Positions 29,568 to 40,900 are shown, numbered from the stretch's first letter. The stretch: DNA of 64,000 nt from an uncultured archaeon (GCA_964430885.1 CAYSHM010000016.1:1-64000); one strand, 5' to 3'. The notes: a model not told the origin generated them from the sequence alone. Numbers and translations are program-made.

Positions 29568-32500
29568 TCATCCGTTTATCTGTCCTTGGGTACCGCAATG
29601 GTTGCAGGTCACAAGAGCTGGATATCCCTCTATCACCGCTGTGTACTGGTCTTTGCAGCTGTGGCACTGCAGGGTCAAGCTTTCAATCGGGGGCGTCTGG
29701 TCTGATGGACCAGGGGGTTGCTCAGCTGAAGCGGCCTGGGGACCTGCGATCTTCTCAAGGTCCCCGAAAATATCATCCATACTTGGGGATTCAGAGGATG
29801 TTGATCCGCTTTCAACACCTGCAGGAGCAAGGGGCGATCCTGCTGCCGGCGGAGGTTGCAGGGACCTTCCCGGTTCTCCTTCAGTACCCTTCTCTGGAAC
29901 CACTTCATCGGGGGCCGGGGGAAGAGCCATTCTATTCAGGTCCTGGTCCCCACCAGCGCTTGAAAAAGTTGGCAGCAGGTATTCAGGTTCCGGTGCTGGA
30001 GTCGAGGGGGGCGAGAGCCGAGGCAGAGCGGACTCTGGACCTGCACCCGATGGCGGCGGAGGGAGCTGTTTTGGCGGGGGCGAGGATGGAGGGGCATTCA
30101 CATTCGAAGACGGGAGATTATTTTGCTGTGAGGGGGTGTTGGCGGGGTAAATTCCTGCCGGACTGCCGTAACCCGGTCGGGTACTAGGAGAAGCATGGGG
30201 CTGCTGAGCAGGCCCTCCTCTGTAAACAGGGGCAGGATAATAAGGATACCGGAGCGGAGGCGGCGCCTGACCGGGCTGTGACGGGGGACCTCCAGACGGA
30301 GTGTTCTTCGGGGTTTCCTCATCCTTTTTCCTCCTGCGTATCAGGATAAATACGATAATCAGAATCAGGAGTAACAGAAGTATCAGCAGCAATATCCACC
30401 ACCAGCTCCAGCCGTTCCCGCCCACGTTAATAACGTTGTCTAATCCGCCGTCATCGTCACCCGAAGTAGGCTTAGACTTCTTTCCCCCCTCGACATCCAC
30501 CTTTATATCGTCGCTTACGTTGTTTCCGTCAATATCGGTCACATAGAGAGTGATGGTATGATTGCCTGGATCCAGCATCGATGTAAAGGACATATTGGAA
30601 CTGAGAAATCCACTGATATTGGAACGCCACGAATAGTTCAGGGCATCCCCGTCCAGATCGGTGGAAGCTGAAGCATCGAAAGCAACCTCCTGGTCATGCT
30701 TGAACTGCACCCTTTTTCCGGCAGGCAGGGTGATTACTGCTTCCGGGACCGAAGTTACATTGATCCTGTAAGGGTCGGAGATCACGGATCCCGTACCTGC
30801 CACATCACCTGCCGAGAAGCGTATATAATTGCTCCGTCCCCACTCATATTCCTCGGCAACATAGATCTTCAGGGGATCTCCCATGATGATATCCAAAGGG
30901 TTCGGGATCTGCCATTCACCAAAGGACCCGTTCTCAGACCCCTCGGTGGATATGGAATATTTCAATCTGCCAGGGTCAACACCAGAGTACCTATCAGATA
31001 TCTCAATGGAAACCTGGACCTCTGGGGGATCATCCATGTTCTCTATTGAAAAATCTCCGAAAACAACAGGTGACTGGTCTATCCGGACATTCATTTCCTC
31101 GCTCAGTAAAGGGCCGTTCCCTGCAAGATCGGTTACCCTCCACCTGACATAATTCAAAGGTCCTTCCGAAAGGGTCACCAAAGCTTCAGCACTGACCTTT
31201 GAGGGATTATCTGCAATACCGGTATCCAAAATCTCTATCTCCACTCCCTCAGCCGTCCAATCCGAAAAGTGAGAAGTTCCACTAAGCTTGTAGGAATATG
31301 AAATACGGTCCAGGGCCAGACCGAATCCGCCTTTATCCTCGAAAACCGCACTTACCTTAACCCCTGAATTCCTGAACCATGGGCCCTCTGCTGGAAGTAG
31401 GGAGGAAATTAAAGGAGGTTTTGAATCAATATTGAACTGGAAATGGCTGGTGTTGCCCCATTGGTTGTATACATCGCAGGCCGTGATATGGAAATAATAT
31501 GTGCCTTCCTTCAGACCGGAGAACTCCCTGGGTGAAGTAAAATTGATCTCTGCACTGGCAGGGTTGGTGATGTCCTTGTAAGGTTCAGATAGGGGACTCT
31601 TGTCCACATGATAGGAATACCCTTTGATGCCGGTTACCTCCCCGGGATGCTCCCAATTGAAAATGGGATCAGTGCTGTTGTAATACATTTCAGGGTCGGG
31701 ATGAGTGGGCGAAGATATGCTGATGAAGCCTGGACCCAGATAATCAAGGTAAATTGTATCATTGAATATTTCAGATACTATTCCGGCGTTGTCCCTGAAC
31801 CTGACACCAATTGTCTTGAGACCGTCTTCCGGTGATAAAGAAATACCCTTTTCTTCCTTATAGGGCTCCCACTGCTGAGCTATGCCCTGATCGTTCATCA
31901 CCTGCATCTCGTCCACACCAGAAGCGTTGTCCTCGGCGTATATCCTCAGTGTCACAAGCTGGCTGTTGGTGCTCTCGGGGTCGAACTGACCTCCCTCTAT
32001 TGTTATGTTCCCAACGGGTTTGGCAGTATCGATCTTGAAGCTCTTCAGTGAGGAATAATTGGACATTGCGTGGTATGCATCCTTTGTCTTCACCCTCCAG
32101 TAGTACTGCCCGTCGTCAAGATCAACAGGAACCTTGTGCTCAGGCAGTGTAGAGTTGACCCAAGAGGAATTGTATATCTGGTCATGCATTCCTGTATCGT
32201 TGTATATCTCCAGTATGAAATCAGACTGGTGATCCCCTGCATCAGGATCTGTGAAGTTCCATTTCAGTGTGGGTGTCGAATCCCCGTGCCAGACTGAAGA
32301 TTGAGGAAAATAGGGTTCAGGGTCGCTTATAAGGTCGTACTCGATAATTATTCTCTCAATGAACGGGGTAACACTGTCATCGGAAGTTGTCATGGTAGCA
32401 TTCCACATAAGACGGGAACCCCTATCTGTAAAAAGAAAATCCGTGTTGTTCTCCATGGTGATCCAGTTCTCACCGTCCACGGTAAGATTGTAGATTATGT

Positions 32501-33626
32501 CAGTTCCAGCAGGTTTGTTCTCATACCATATGATCTTGGCGGCCCCTATGGCAGGCCAATCCATATACATGGGAAGGGACTGTATGGTGCCGTTGGTGAA
32601 ACCCATCTGGTTGCCCCATGTGTAGGCAACATTATCCATTGCATAGGTGTCCTGCCATCCCCTGCTTGTGAACAGTCTGTTATGGAAATAATCGTAACTT
32701 GCATCCACCACGTAGTTACTGCTGATGAAAACCTCATTGGTATAAGCATGGACCGTCCCGCTGTCAGCATCCACTCGGTGGGTGATGTGAGCCTGACTGT
32801 AATCAACGCAGTAAAAGTAATGGCCAACAGCAAAACATGTGCCGTACCCTCCCTTATTGGGAAGACCGCTCACAGTTCGTATCAGGTTCTCGTTCATATC
32901 CCATATCTTTAGAGTTGTATCACACCAGGTATATATGTATGTACCGTCACAGGCCACTCCCTGCTGCTGAGGACCTCTCCAACCCCAGTTTGTAGTACGG
33001 GCGTGATTGATATTGCTGTTCACTGCCTGCTTATCCGCCAGACGTACCTTACGAAGGTTGTTGCTGGACTCTGAAGAGGTATAAAGATGACCATTGGCCA
33101 CGAACATCTGGGTTGAATGCTGTGATTCAGGTACATTCATGTTATCAATGTTGGGCTGACCATTAAAATAATCGTTCCAGCTGGCGAATATCTCCACTGT
33201 GGTACCGCCTCCCCCATTGAGATGATAGTAACGTCCGTTCTCGTCCACAGCCATGGAATTGAAACCGCCGTGACCCACAAAATGGTCGTGATTGGTGACC
33301 TGGCGGATATTGCTCTTGGGGGTGCCGCTTCCCATGAGGGTCACCTTTCCGTTGAAGGTATCTACTATGACCGAAGTGTTGCTCATGGATACATTGTCAA
33401 GCGAAACGAACTCCTCTACCAGACGGTTGATGTAGCGGGTATCTTCACTCTCATGATCACCGGAGGGGGATGATATGTTAATGACATCTGCATATGAATT
33501 TTCCGTATCAGGGTGAATATGAAAGGGCTGATGAGGAAAAAGGAAAAATAATGCTAACAGCAAACAAACCAATGCTGGGGAGAATCTGTTCTTGCGGGGT
33601 GGTATATTGATCATATCGCTCATCAA
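29568..33626 (-). CDS. Array surface receptor 1: olfactomedin-like head, Ig/FN3-like stalk, PKD, TM, Pro-rich tail, C-terminal zinc ribbon
   Basis: 1352-aa ORF with N-terminal hydrophobic segment, WWWILLLILLLLLILIIVFILIRRRKK and CHSC...CNHCG; paralogous to the four upstream genes. Confidence 0.85.
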   Translation of the reverse strand: MMSDMINIPPRKNRFSPALVCLLLALFFLFPHQPFHIHPDTENSYADVINISSPSGDHESEDTRYINRLVEEFVSLDNVSMSNTSVIVDTFNGKVTLMGSGTPKSNIRQVTNHDHFVGHGGFNSMAVDENGRYYHLNGGGGTTVEIFASWNDYFNGQPNIDNMNVPESQHSTQMFVANGHLYTSSESSNNLRKVRLADKQAVNSNINHARTTNWGWRGPQQQGVACDGTYIYTWCDTTLKIWDMNENLIRTVSGLPNKGGYGTCFAVGHYFYCVDYSQAHITHRVDADSGTVHAYTNEVFISSNYVVDASYDYFHNRLFTSRGWQDTYAMDNVAYTWGNQMGFTNGTIQSLPMYMDWPAIGAAKIIWYENKPAGTDIIYNLTVDGENWITMENNTDFLFTDRGSRLMWNATMTTSDDSVTPFIERIIIEYDLISDPEPYFPQSSVWHGDSTPTLKWNFTDPDAGDHQSDFILEIYNDTGMHDQIYNSSWVNSTLPEHKVPVDLDDGQYYWRVKTKDAYHAMSNYSSLKSFKIDTAKPVGNITIEGGQFDPESTNSQLVTLRIYAEDNASGVDEMQVMNDQGIAQQWEPYKEEKGISLSPEDGLKTIGVRFRDNAGIVSEIFNDTIYLDYLGPGFISISSPTHPDPEMYYNSTDPIFNWEHPGEVTGIKGYSYHVDKSPLSEPYKDITNPASAEINFTSPREFSGLKEGTYYFHITACDVYNQWGNTSHFQFNIDSKPPLISSLLPAEGPWFRNSGVKVSAVFEDKGGFGLALDRISYSYKLSGTSHFSDWTAEGVEIEILDTGIADNPSKVSAEALVTLSEGPLNYVRWRVTDLAGNGPLLSEEMNVRIDQSPVVFGDFSIENMDDPPEVQVSIEISDRYSGVDPGRLKYSISTEGSENGSFGEWQIPNPLDIIMGDPLKIYVAEEYEWGRSNYIRFSAGDVAGTGSVISDPYRINVTSVPEAVITLPAGKRVQFKHDQEVAFDASASTDLDGDALNYSWRSNISGFLSSNMSFTSMLDPGNHTITLYVTDIDGNNVSDDIKVDVEGGKKSKPTSGDDDGGLDNVINVGGNGWSWWWILLLILLLLLILIIVFILIRRRKKDEETPKNTPSGGPPSQPGQAPPPLRYPYYPAPVYRGGPAQQPHASPSTRPGYGSPAGIYPANTPSQQNNLPSSNVNAPPSSPPPKQLPPPPSGAGPESALPRLSPPSTPAPEPEYLLPTFSSAGGDQDLNRMALPPAPDEVVPEKGTEGEPGRSLQPPPAAGSPLAPAGVESGSTSSESPSMDDIFGDLEKIAGPQAASAEQPPGPSDQTPPIESLTLQCHSCKDQYTAVIEGYPALVTCNHCGTQGQING

Positions 33627-33819
33627 CCTGGGTTTTATTGGATCGACCTATCGCAATGATGGTGGGAAAGCAGGAAATCATCTAACGTAAAGTACCTGCT
33701 TGAGGGACCCATCTTTAATTGATTAATTGTTGTTATTAATATAAAACTATTATCGAATGAAATACAAGTGCACTTCTTCAAAATCCCCCATGAATTCAGA
33801 GATTTTCACAGTAGAAGGG

Positions 33820-36800
33820 TCATGCATTTATCTGGCCCTGGGTCCCACAGTGGGCACAGGTAACCAGAGCGGGGCCGCTCTCAATTTGAGCAGTGTACTG
33901 GCCTCCGCAGTTATGGCACTGAAGGGTCAACTGGGTTACTTGAACATCTTCTTCAGGCAATTGGACTTCCGTCTCTTCTGATGGCATATCCTTTTCAGGG
34001 ATCTCATCAGGAGCTGGAGGCAGGGCCTTGAGGCTCAGGTCCTGTACGGGACCTGCTGAAGTTGATTGGGGAAGAACATAGCTGGGAGGCGGTGATGCCG
34101 GAGGGGGCGGTAATAGCCTCTTAGGCCTATCCTGAACAGATGAGGCAGGTCCTGCAGATGGTACACCAGGTCCCGACGTTTCCGGAGGTGCAGGTGCATT
34201 ATAATCAGGACCCTGAGAAGCTGGAGCGGGCGGTCCCGGTTGGGCTCCGTAACCTGGAGCTTGATAATATGAACTCTGTGCTTGTGTATTGTATGTAGGA
34301 TAGCCCTGCTGGGGATAGGGATACGAGGGTTGGCCTGAAGGGGGGGGCTGACCATAGGAGCTTTGAGGATATTCTGCCGAGGGCACATCTGCCTTTGTCG
34401 GCGCAGTATCGTCTGCTCCTTCCTCCTTCTTCCTTCTCCTGACCACCAGCAGAACTACCAACAATATCACCAGCAAAAGACAGACCACAATAACTATCAG
34501 CCACCACCAGCTGCTGCCGGAAGAAGCCGATGAGGAATCCAGTGAGGAATCATCGTCATCCGAACTCCCTCCTCCTGAACTCCCTTTGCCAGTGACGGTG
34601 ATGTAGGCCTTCTTGCTCTCGTTCAGCTCATGACCGTCATCCACATAGAGATAGACCACATAATCACCGGGAAGGTCCAGAGTTGTGTTCATGGTAATGT
34701 TCCAACCCTGGAACGCAACAGTTTTCTGAGTGCGGTTCTTTATAAGCCAATAGAACGATAGAACATCTCCCTCGGGATCGCTGGACCCCGACCCATCGAG
34801 AAGCAGCAGGGTGCCGCCTTTCACCTCCTGGTCATCCCTGGGGCTGGTCATCACCGGTAAGGGGGCAGAGTTAACCCATACCCTGTGTGCTTCAGATTCC
34901 ACCAGCGGATTTCCCACCACATCTTTTGCCCTCCATTTGATATAGTTTTCCTTTCCCGGGTCAAAATCAATATCGAGACTTACCAGAATGGAATTCTGTT
35001 TCATGCGGTTCCCCAGTGGCATCCAATCCTTGAAATTCTCCGAACCGTTGCCTTTATCCGAAACCGAATACTCTATAGACTCCCCTAGGACCCCGCTGGC
35101 ATTATCCGCGACAGTGATGCCGCATGAAACCGTCATGTCATTGGTATACTCGTGGAATTCTGGAAAATGCTCCGTGAAATATACCGGGGATGCATCGATG
35201 GACACTGAACGTTCTTCTGTTATTACGGGACCGTTGCCAGATAGATCCGTAACTCTCCAGCGGAAAGCGTTGTTTACACCCTCCTGAAATTCTATTGCAG
35301 TGACTGCCTTAACCTTCACGGGGTTGCCTGCAATACCGGTATCCAATACTTCCATCTCTATATCTGCACCGCTCCAATCAGTCCATTCACTGCTCCCGTT
35401 GACCCTGAAGGAATACTCCAATGTTCCCAGGTCCAAACCGTAACCCTCAACATCCTTGAATATTACCGAGGTATCAACATTTGCTGTCTTGAGCCATACT
35501 TCCTCTTCCGGCATCATCTCATCGACAATAGGCGGGGTAGCGTCAATATTGAATTGATAATGACTAGTGTTGCTCCACTGGTCGTAAACGTCGCAGGCAG
35601 TTATATGGAAGTAATAGGTACCATCCTGAAGTCCCGGGAACTCCCCGGGAAAAGTTGTATTCTGGGCAGCACTCTCAGGCCCGCTGATATCCCTGTAAGG
35701 TTCCGTGGAGGGGGACCCATCCACAAGATATGCATATCCTTTGATACCTGTAACCTCGAATGGGGGCTCCCAGGTAAATATGGGATCCGTGCTGCTGTAG
35801 TACATCTCCGAGTCAGGATGCGACGGGGATGAGATATTTACATCCCCCGGACCAAGATAGTCCAAGTAGATGGAGTCCTGGAATACATCGGACAGAATAC
35901 CCGCATGGTCCCTAAAACGTATTCCCAGTGTCTTTAGGCCATCAAATGTTGACAGGGCCACCCGTTTCTCGGTCTTATAAGGTTCCCACTGCTGGGTCTC
36001 CCCCGAATCGTCTATGATCTGCATCTGGTGCACCCCTGAACCGTTGTCCAAGGCAAATATGGCAAGGTTTACAAGCTGATCGTTCACGCTGAATAAATCC
36101 CCCTCAATAGTAATATTGCCTATCGGTTTGGATACATCTATCTTCATTCTCTTGAGCCCGGAATAATTGGATTCCACATGGAACATATCCTTTGTTTTTA
36201 CGCGCCAGTAATAGGTGCCGTCATCTAGATCCTCGGTTATCCTGTGCTGACCGAAAGTGGAGTTCTGCCAGCTGGAGTTGTATACCTGGTCCTGAAGCAG
36301 AGTATCATTGAATATCTCTATGAGATAGTCAGACTGATGATCTCCTGCATCCGGGTCTGTGAAGTTCCACTGCAGAAGAGGTGTGGAATTGCCCTGCCAT
36401 TCCGATGTCGGGGGGAGATGGGGCACAGGATCGCTGAAAAGATCGTACTCAATAACCACTTTTTCAATGTAGGGTGAAACCTCCGGGTCGGTGGTCGTGA
36501 GGGAGGCATTCCATATCAGTTTGGAACCCCTGTGCTGAAAGATATGGTTGGTATTGTTCTCCATGGTGACCCAGTTCTCACCGTCCACGGTCATGTTGTA
36601 CACGATATCCGTTCCGGCCGGTTTCTTTTCATACCATGTTATCTTCGCTGCGCCTATGGTGGGCTGCTCCATGAAAAGGGCTTTTGACTGAATAAAACCC
36701 AGGCTGTCATGATCCCCGGTACCGCCGAAAGTATAGCAGAAATTATCTATGGTCCAGGTCTTATCAGGGTTCCCTGAATTACCATTGGTCATTATCAGAC

Positions 36801-37740
36801 TGTTTCCAAAATAATCATAATTGAAGCAGGTAAGATATGTGAAGCCCTGCATTACAACATCATTATAGTTCTCGATGTTTCCCGTATCCCCGTCCACTCG
36901 TCTTACAACGTTCCCTACTGAGTAATCAACAGGATAGAAATAGTGGCCTGCAGAAAAACAGGTACTGAGACTGTTCTGGGCTTCCGGAAGGTTGACCTGA
37001 CGCACCAGGTTCTCCTGCATATCATATATCCTCAATAGGTTTCCGCTGTAGGTGTAAATATAAGTACCGTCCGTGGTCAGTCCACACTGAGACCCACCTC
37101 CCCAAGCCCAGGATGTGGCACCCTGGCCGCTGAGCGAGCACTGTACTTTCGTATTGTCCGCCAACCGGTACTTGTCCACAGTATTCGAATTGGAAAAATA
37201 GAGATGCCCGTTCACATATATCATCTGACCGTAATTGGAAGGATTGAAGGGCAGGTTGAAGGAACCTATCTGGTTACCGTTGTTCATGAAGGAGTTCAGG
37301 GAGGAATATATATTGATCTGGTTGGAACTATACTGGTTCCTGATATAGAATTTTCCGTCCTGGGCCACGCACCTTCCGGTGAATCTGTTGTAGTTCCGGG
37401 TTCGATCAGGAGTGGAGAGGTCCCTGATCTCCGATCGGGGATTTTCGCCGCCGCCCGAGAGATAGGTACGTCCAGTATATGTGTTGATCAAAGCAGTAGT
37501 ATTGGAATAATCAATATTGGTGTAATTATTGAACTCCTCCGCAAAGCGGTTGGCGTACCTCGTGGAAGCATAGGTACTGATATCGGTCTTCGAGCTGAAT
37601 CCCTGGATCCGTGAAAACTTCGGGACGGTGTCTTTTATTGAGAAAAAACATACGGTTACCATCAAAGCTGAAATAATTAAGGTTAATAAAACCCTGGCAG
37701 CTCCATCATTCACCAAAATTCGGTTTCTATCTTCGGTCAT
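33820..37740 (-). CDS. Array surface receptor 2: olfactomedin-like head, stalk, PKD, TM, Pro/Gln/Tyr-rich tail, zinc ribbon
   Basis: Start reassigned to ATG 37740 (GGAG RBS); head homologous to receptor 1; CHNC...CAHCG. Confidence 0.85.
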   Translation of the reverse strand: MTEDRNRILVNDGAARVLLTLIISALMVTVCFFSIKDTVPKFSRIQGFSSKTDISTYASTRYANRFAEEFNNYTNIDYSNTTALINTYTGRTYLSGGGENPRSEIRDLSTPDRTRNYNRFTGRCVAQDGKFYIRNQYSSNQINIYSSLNSFMNNGNQIGSFNLPFNPSNYGQMIYVNGHLYFSNSNTVDKYRLADNTKVQCSLSGQGATSWAWGGGSQCGLTTDGTYIYTYSGNLLRIYDMQENLVRQVNLPEAQNSLSTCFSAGHYFYPVDYSVGNVVRRVDGDTGNIENYNDVVMQGFTYLTCFNYDYFGNSLIMTNGNSGNPDKTWTIDNFCYTFGGTGDHDSLGFIQSKALFMEQPTIGAAKITWYEKKPAGTDIVYNMTVDGENWVTMENNTNHIFQHRGSKLIWNASLTTTDPEVSPYIEKVVIEYDLFSDPVPHLPPTSEWQGNSTPLLQWNFTDPDAGDHQSDYLIEIFNDTLLQDQVYNSSWQNSTFGQHRITEDLDDGTYYWRVKTKDMFHVESNYSGLKRMKIDVSKPIGNITIEGDLFSVNDQLVNLAIFALDNGSGVHQMQIIDDSGETQQWEPYKTEKRVALSTFDGLKTLGIRFRDHAGILSDVFQDSIYLDYLGPGDVNISSPSHPDSEMYYSSTDPIFTWEPPFEVTGIKGYAYLVDGSPSTEPYRDISGPESAAQNTTFPGEFPGLQDGTYYFHITACDVYDQWSNTSHYQFNIDATPPIVDEMMPEEEVWLKTANVDTSVIFKDVEGYGLDLGTLEYSFRVNGSSEWTDWSGADIEMEVLDTGIAGNPVKVKAVTAIEFQEGVNNAFRWRVTDLSGNGPVITEERSVSIDASPVYFTEHFPEFHEYTNDMTVSCGITVADNASGVLGESIEYSVSDKGNGSENFKDWMPLGNRMKQNSILVSLDIDFDPGKENYIKWRAKDVVGNPLVESEAHRVWVNSAPLPVMTSPRDDQEVKGGTLLLLDGSGSSDPEGDVLSFYWLIKNRTQKTVAFQGWNITMNTTLDLPGDYVVYLYVDDGHELNESKKAYITVTGKGSSGGGSSDDDDSSLDSSSASSGSSWWWLIVIVVCLLLVILLVVLLVVRRRKKEEGADDTAPTKADVPSAEYPQSSYGQPPPSGQPSYPYPQQGYPTYNTQAQSSYYQAPGYGAQPGPPAPASQGPDYNAPAPPETSGPGVPSAGPASSVQDRPKRLLPPPPASPPPSYVLPQSTSAGPVQDLSLKALPPAPDEIPEKDMPSEETEVQLPEEDVQVTQLTLQCHNCGGQYTAQIESGPALVTCAHCGTQGQINA

Positions 37741-37924
37741 GGAATTCAGCTCCTGCAGGAAACAGCATATACACGGCAGAACTGCCAAAGATACCTGATT
37801 GAGATATATCATTGACAGAAAACAAATCCTGCCTTAGAACCTTACAATATTCTCCCTTGCAATAAAGGATTTTCGGAGGAAATCTCCACTATTTATCCTG
37901 GTCCGCTAATCAGGCAATAGGACC

Positions 37925-40900
37925 CTAACCCTGTATCTGCCCCTGGGTTCCGCAGCTGGTACAGGTCACAAGGGCCGGATAGCTCTCGACCACCGCCGTG
38001 TACTGGCCACCGCAGTTATGACACTGAAGGGTCAGCTCGTTTGAACCAGGCGGAGCCTCGGGAGAGCTAGGGGCAAGTTCTCCCGCAGTTTCTGGCGGAG
38101 TTTCCGGGGGAACAAGTCCCTGAAAGATGGAATCCACGGTAAGATCCGGCGATCCGGGCGCTTCACTATCAGTTCCCGGTGCAGGGGAGGGTTCTGAGGA
38201 TGTTTCCCCCAGGTCGGTTCCCGTTTCAGCCGGAGGTTCAGGTGCAGGAGGCAGGGACAGGAGGTTCAGGTCCTGCTGGCCTCCATCCGTCGAGAATGTG
38301 GGAAGCTCGTAGGATGGCGCGGTGCTCTCTGGAGGGAGTGGTGCCGTATCAGGCTGTTCTTCCGGCCCGGATGGAGGCGGTGCTCCCGGGGGCAGGGCAG
38401 GCCGATCTGCAGGTCCCGCGGTGGAGGCTGGCAGGGTAGAAGATTGAATACTGCCGTAGGCCGGCCCTCCATACCCTGGAGCGGGTTTTCCTGCCCGTGA
38501 AGGAGGTTGAGGCGGAGGCGTCCCTGTATTGTAGCGAGGCTGCGGATATGCACCCTGTTTCTGTCCAGGATAGGGGGCGTAAGGTCTCCCCTTGGGGTAC
38601 TGGGGCGGCATACCGCCGGGTCCAGGTCTGGGACCCTGACCGGGACGCTGTTGGTACCCCGGGCGTCCGGAGGCACCTATTCCGGGAGCGGTCTTGGTGG
38701 GTGTTGGGGTTTCCTCGTCCTCCTTCCTCCGTCTTACCGCAATTATGATCAGAAGCAGTACTATCAGAAGAACTCCAACTATAAGGACCAAAAGCCACCA
38801 CCAGTCCTTGATGAACGAGGAGGAGGACGCGGATTCCAGCGGTTCCTCTCCGGTCTCCGAGGGGCCAGACACAGGGGTGCCGGATCCAGTTATCCTTATG
38901 TTAACCTTCTGGCTAACGTTCTGCTGGTGACCATCATCTACATATAGATATACTATGTAATCTCCTGCTGTTTTCAGAGAAGTGTTCAGAACGGCGGTAT
39001 AGGCCTCGAAAACCTCTGTTTTTGTCTCCTTTGTCTTGACAACCCAGTAGAAGCCTAGTTCATCACCGTCAGGGTCGGAAGAACTTGCAGCGTTAAACAG
39101 GATGTTCTTGTCCGCATCATAGGATTCGCCGTCCCTGGGACTTTTCAGCACGGCTACAGGCGGGGAGTTGACCCAGACCATGTAGGGATCGGTGGTAACT
39201 ATCTCATTGCCCACCACATCAGTAGCTCTCCATTTGATATAGTTGTCCTTTCCCGGTTCAAATTCCAGGTCCAGACTGACCAGTATCACTTCCTGCTGCA
39301 TTCGGCTTCCCGATTCGAACCATTCCTTGAACTCATTCTCATCATCGCCGGAATCAGATATTGAGTACTCTATGGATTCGCCCATGACACCGCTGCCGTA
39401 ATCGGATATTCGGACCCCACAGGTAACCTCGAGATCATTGGTGTATTCACCCTCCTTGGGGAAATGCGAAGAGAAGACGACAGGGGTCCGGTCTATCAGT
39501 ATGGTCCTCTCACTGCTCTCCAGCGGGCCGTTGCCTGCCAGATCGGTGATTCGCCAGTGCACCTGGTTGTTAATACCTTCCTCAAGCTCCACAGACACCA
39601 CTGCCTTCACCTGTGTAGGATTGTTCCCTAAACCCTTCTTCAGGACCTCAAATTCGATGCCCGCATCGGTCCAGGGAGAGAAAGAACTGCTGCTGTTGAG
39701 CTTTACCGAATACTGAATGGTATCAAGGTCCAGACCGAAACCGTTCTTGTCCTCGAATATCACCGAGGTCTCTACATTCTCGCTCCTGAACCAGGCATCC
39801 ATTTCAGGGAGGAGAGAGGAAACCGATGGAATGGTTGAATCAATGTTGAACTGGAAATGTGAAGTATTGCTCCACTGGTCATAGACATCACAAGCGGCGA
39901 TATGGAAATAATATGTACCGTCCTTCAAACCCTTGAACTCTCCCGGTGACGTTGTGGTCTGGGTAGCACTGGCCGGATTTGTCACATCCTTGTATGGTTC
40001 CGAGGTGGGGCCCACATCCACCATATATGCATAACCCTTCACCGCTGTAACCTCGAAGGGCACCTCCCAGCTGAAAACCGGATCCTTGCTGCTGTAGTAC
40101 CACTCAGGATCTGGATGAGTAGTGGAGCTTATTGATATGTCTCCAGGGCCCTTGTAATCAAGATAGACCTCGTCCTGGAATATATCCGATATTATCCCCG
40201 CCCGGTCCTTGAACCTAATACCCACTGTTTTAAGGCCGTCTGTGGGGGAAAGCGCTATGCGTTTTTCAAGCTTGTAGGGCTCCCATGCCTGAGGGCTGCC
40301 AGTATCACTTATGATCTGCATCTCATATACGCCGGAACCGTTATCCACGGCGTTTATTGTGATATCCACAAGCTGATCGTTCACACTGTATACATCCTCC
40401 TCTATGGTTATATTCCCCACTGGTTTCGTGATATCTATCTTCATCCTCTTGGGATGGGAGAAATTGGACTTTGCATGGTACATGTCCGTTGTCCGCGCCC
40501 TCCAGAAATAGGTGCCGTCCTCAAGCTCCTGGGTTATCACATGCTCCCCCAAACTTGAGTTCTGCCAGCTGGAATTGTAGACCAACTCCTGCATCTGGGA
40601 GTCCTTGAAGATCTCCACAAGATAATCGGACTGATGATCAACACTATCCGGATCGGTGAAGTTCCATGTCAATTCTGGAGTTGAAGAGCCCTGCCAGACC
40701 TTGGAGGAAGGGAGATGGGGTTCAGGTTCCTTGACCCGGTCGATCTCAATAACCACCTTGGAAATATAGGGCTGTTTATCCTCATCGTCGGTGGTGAAGG
40801 TTGCATTCCAGATGAGCCTTGACCCCTGATGCTGGAATATGGTATTGGTATGGTTCTCCATTGTGACCCAATGCTCGCCGTCCGCGGTCATGTTGTATAC

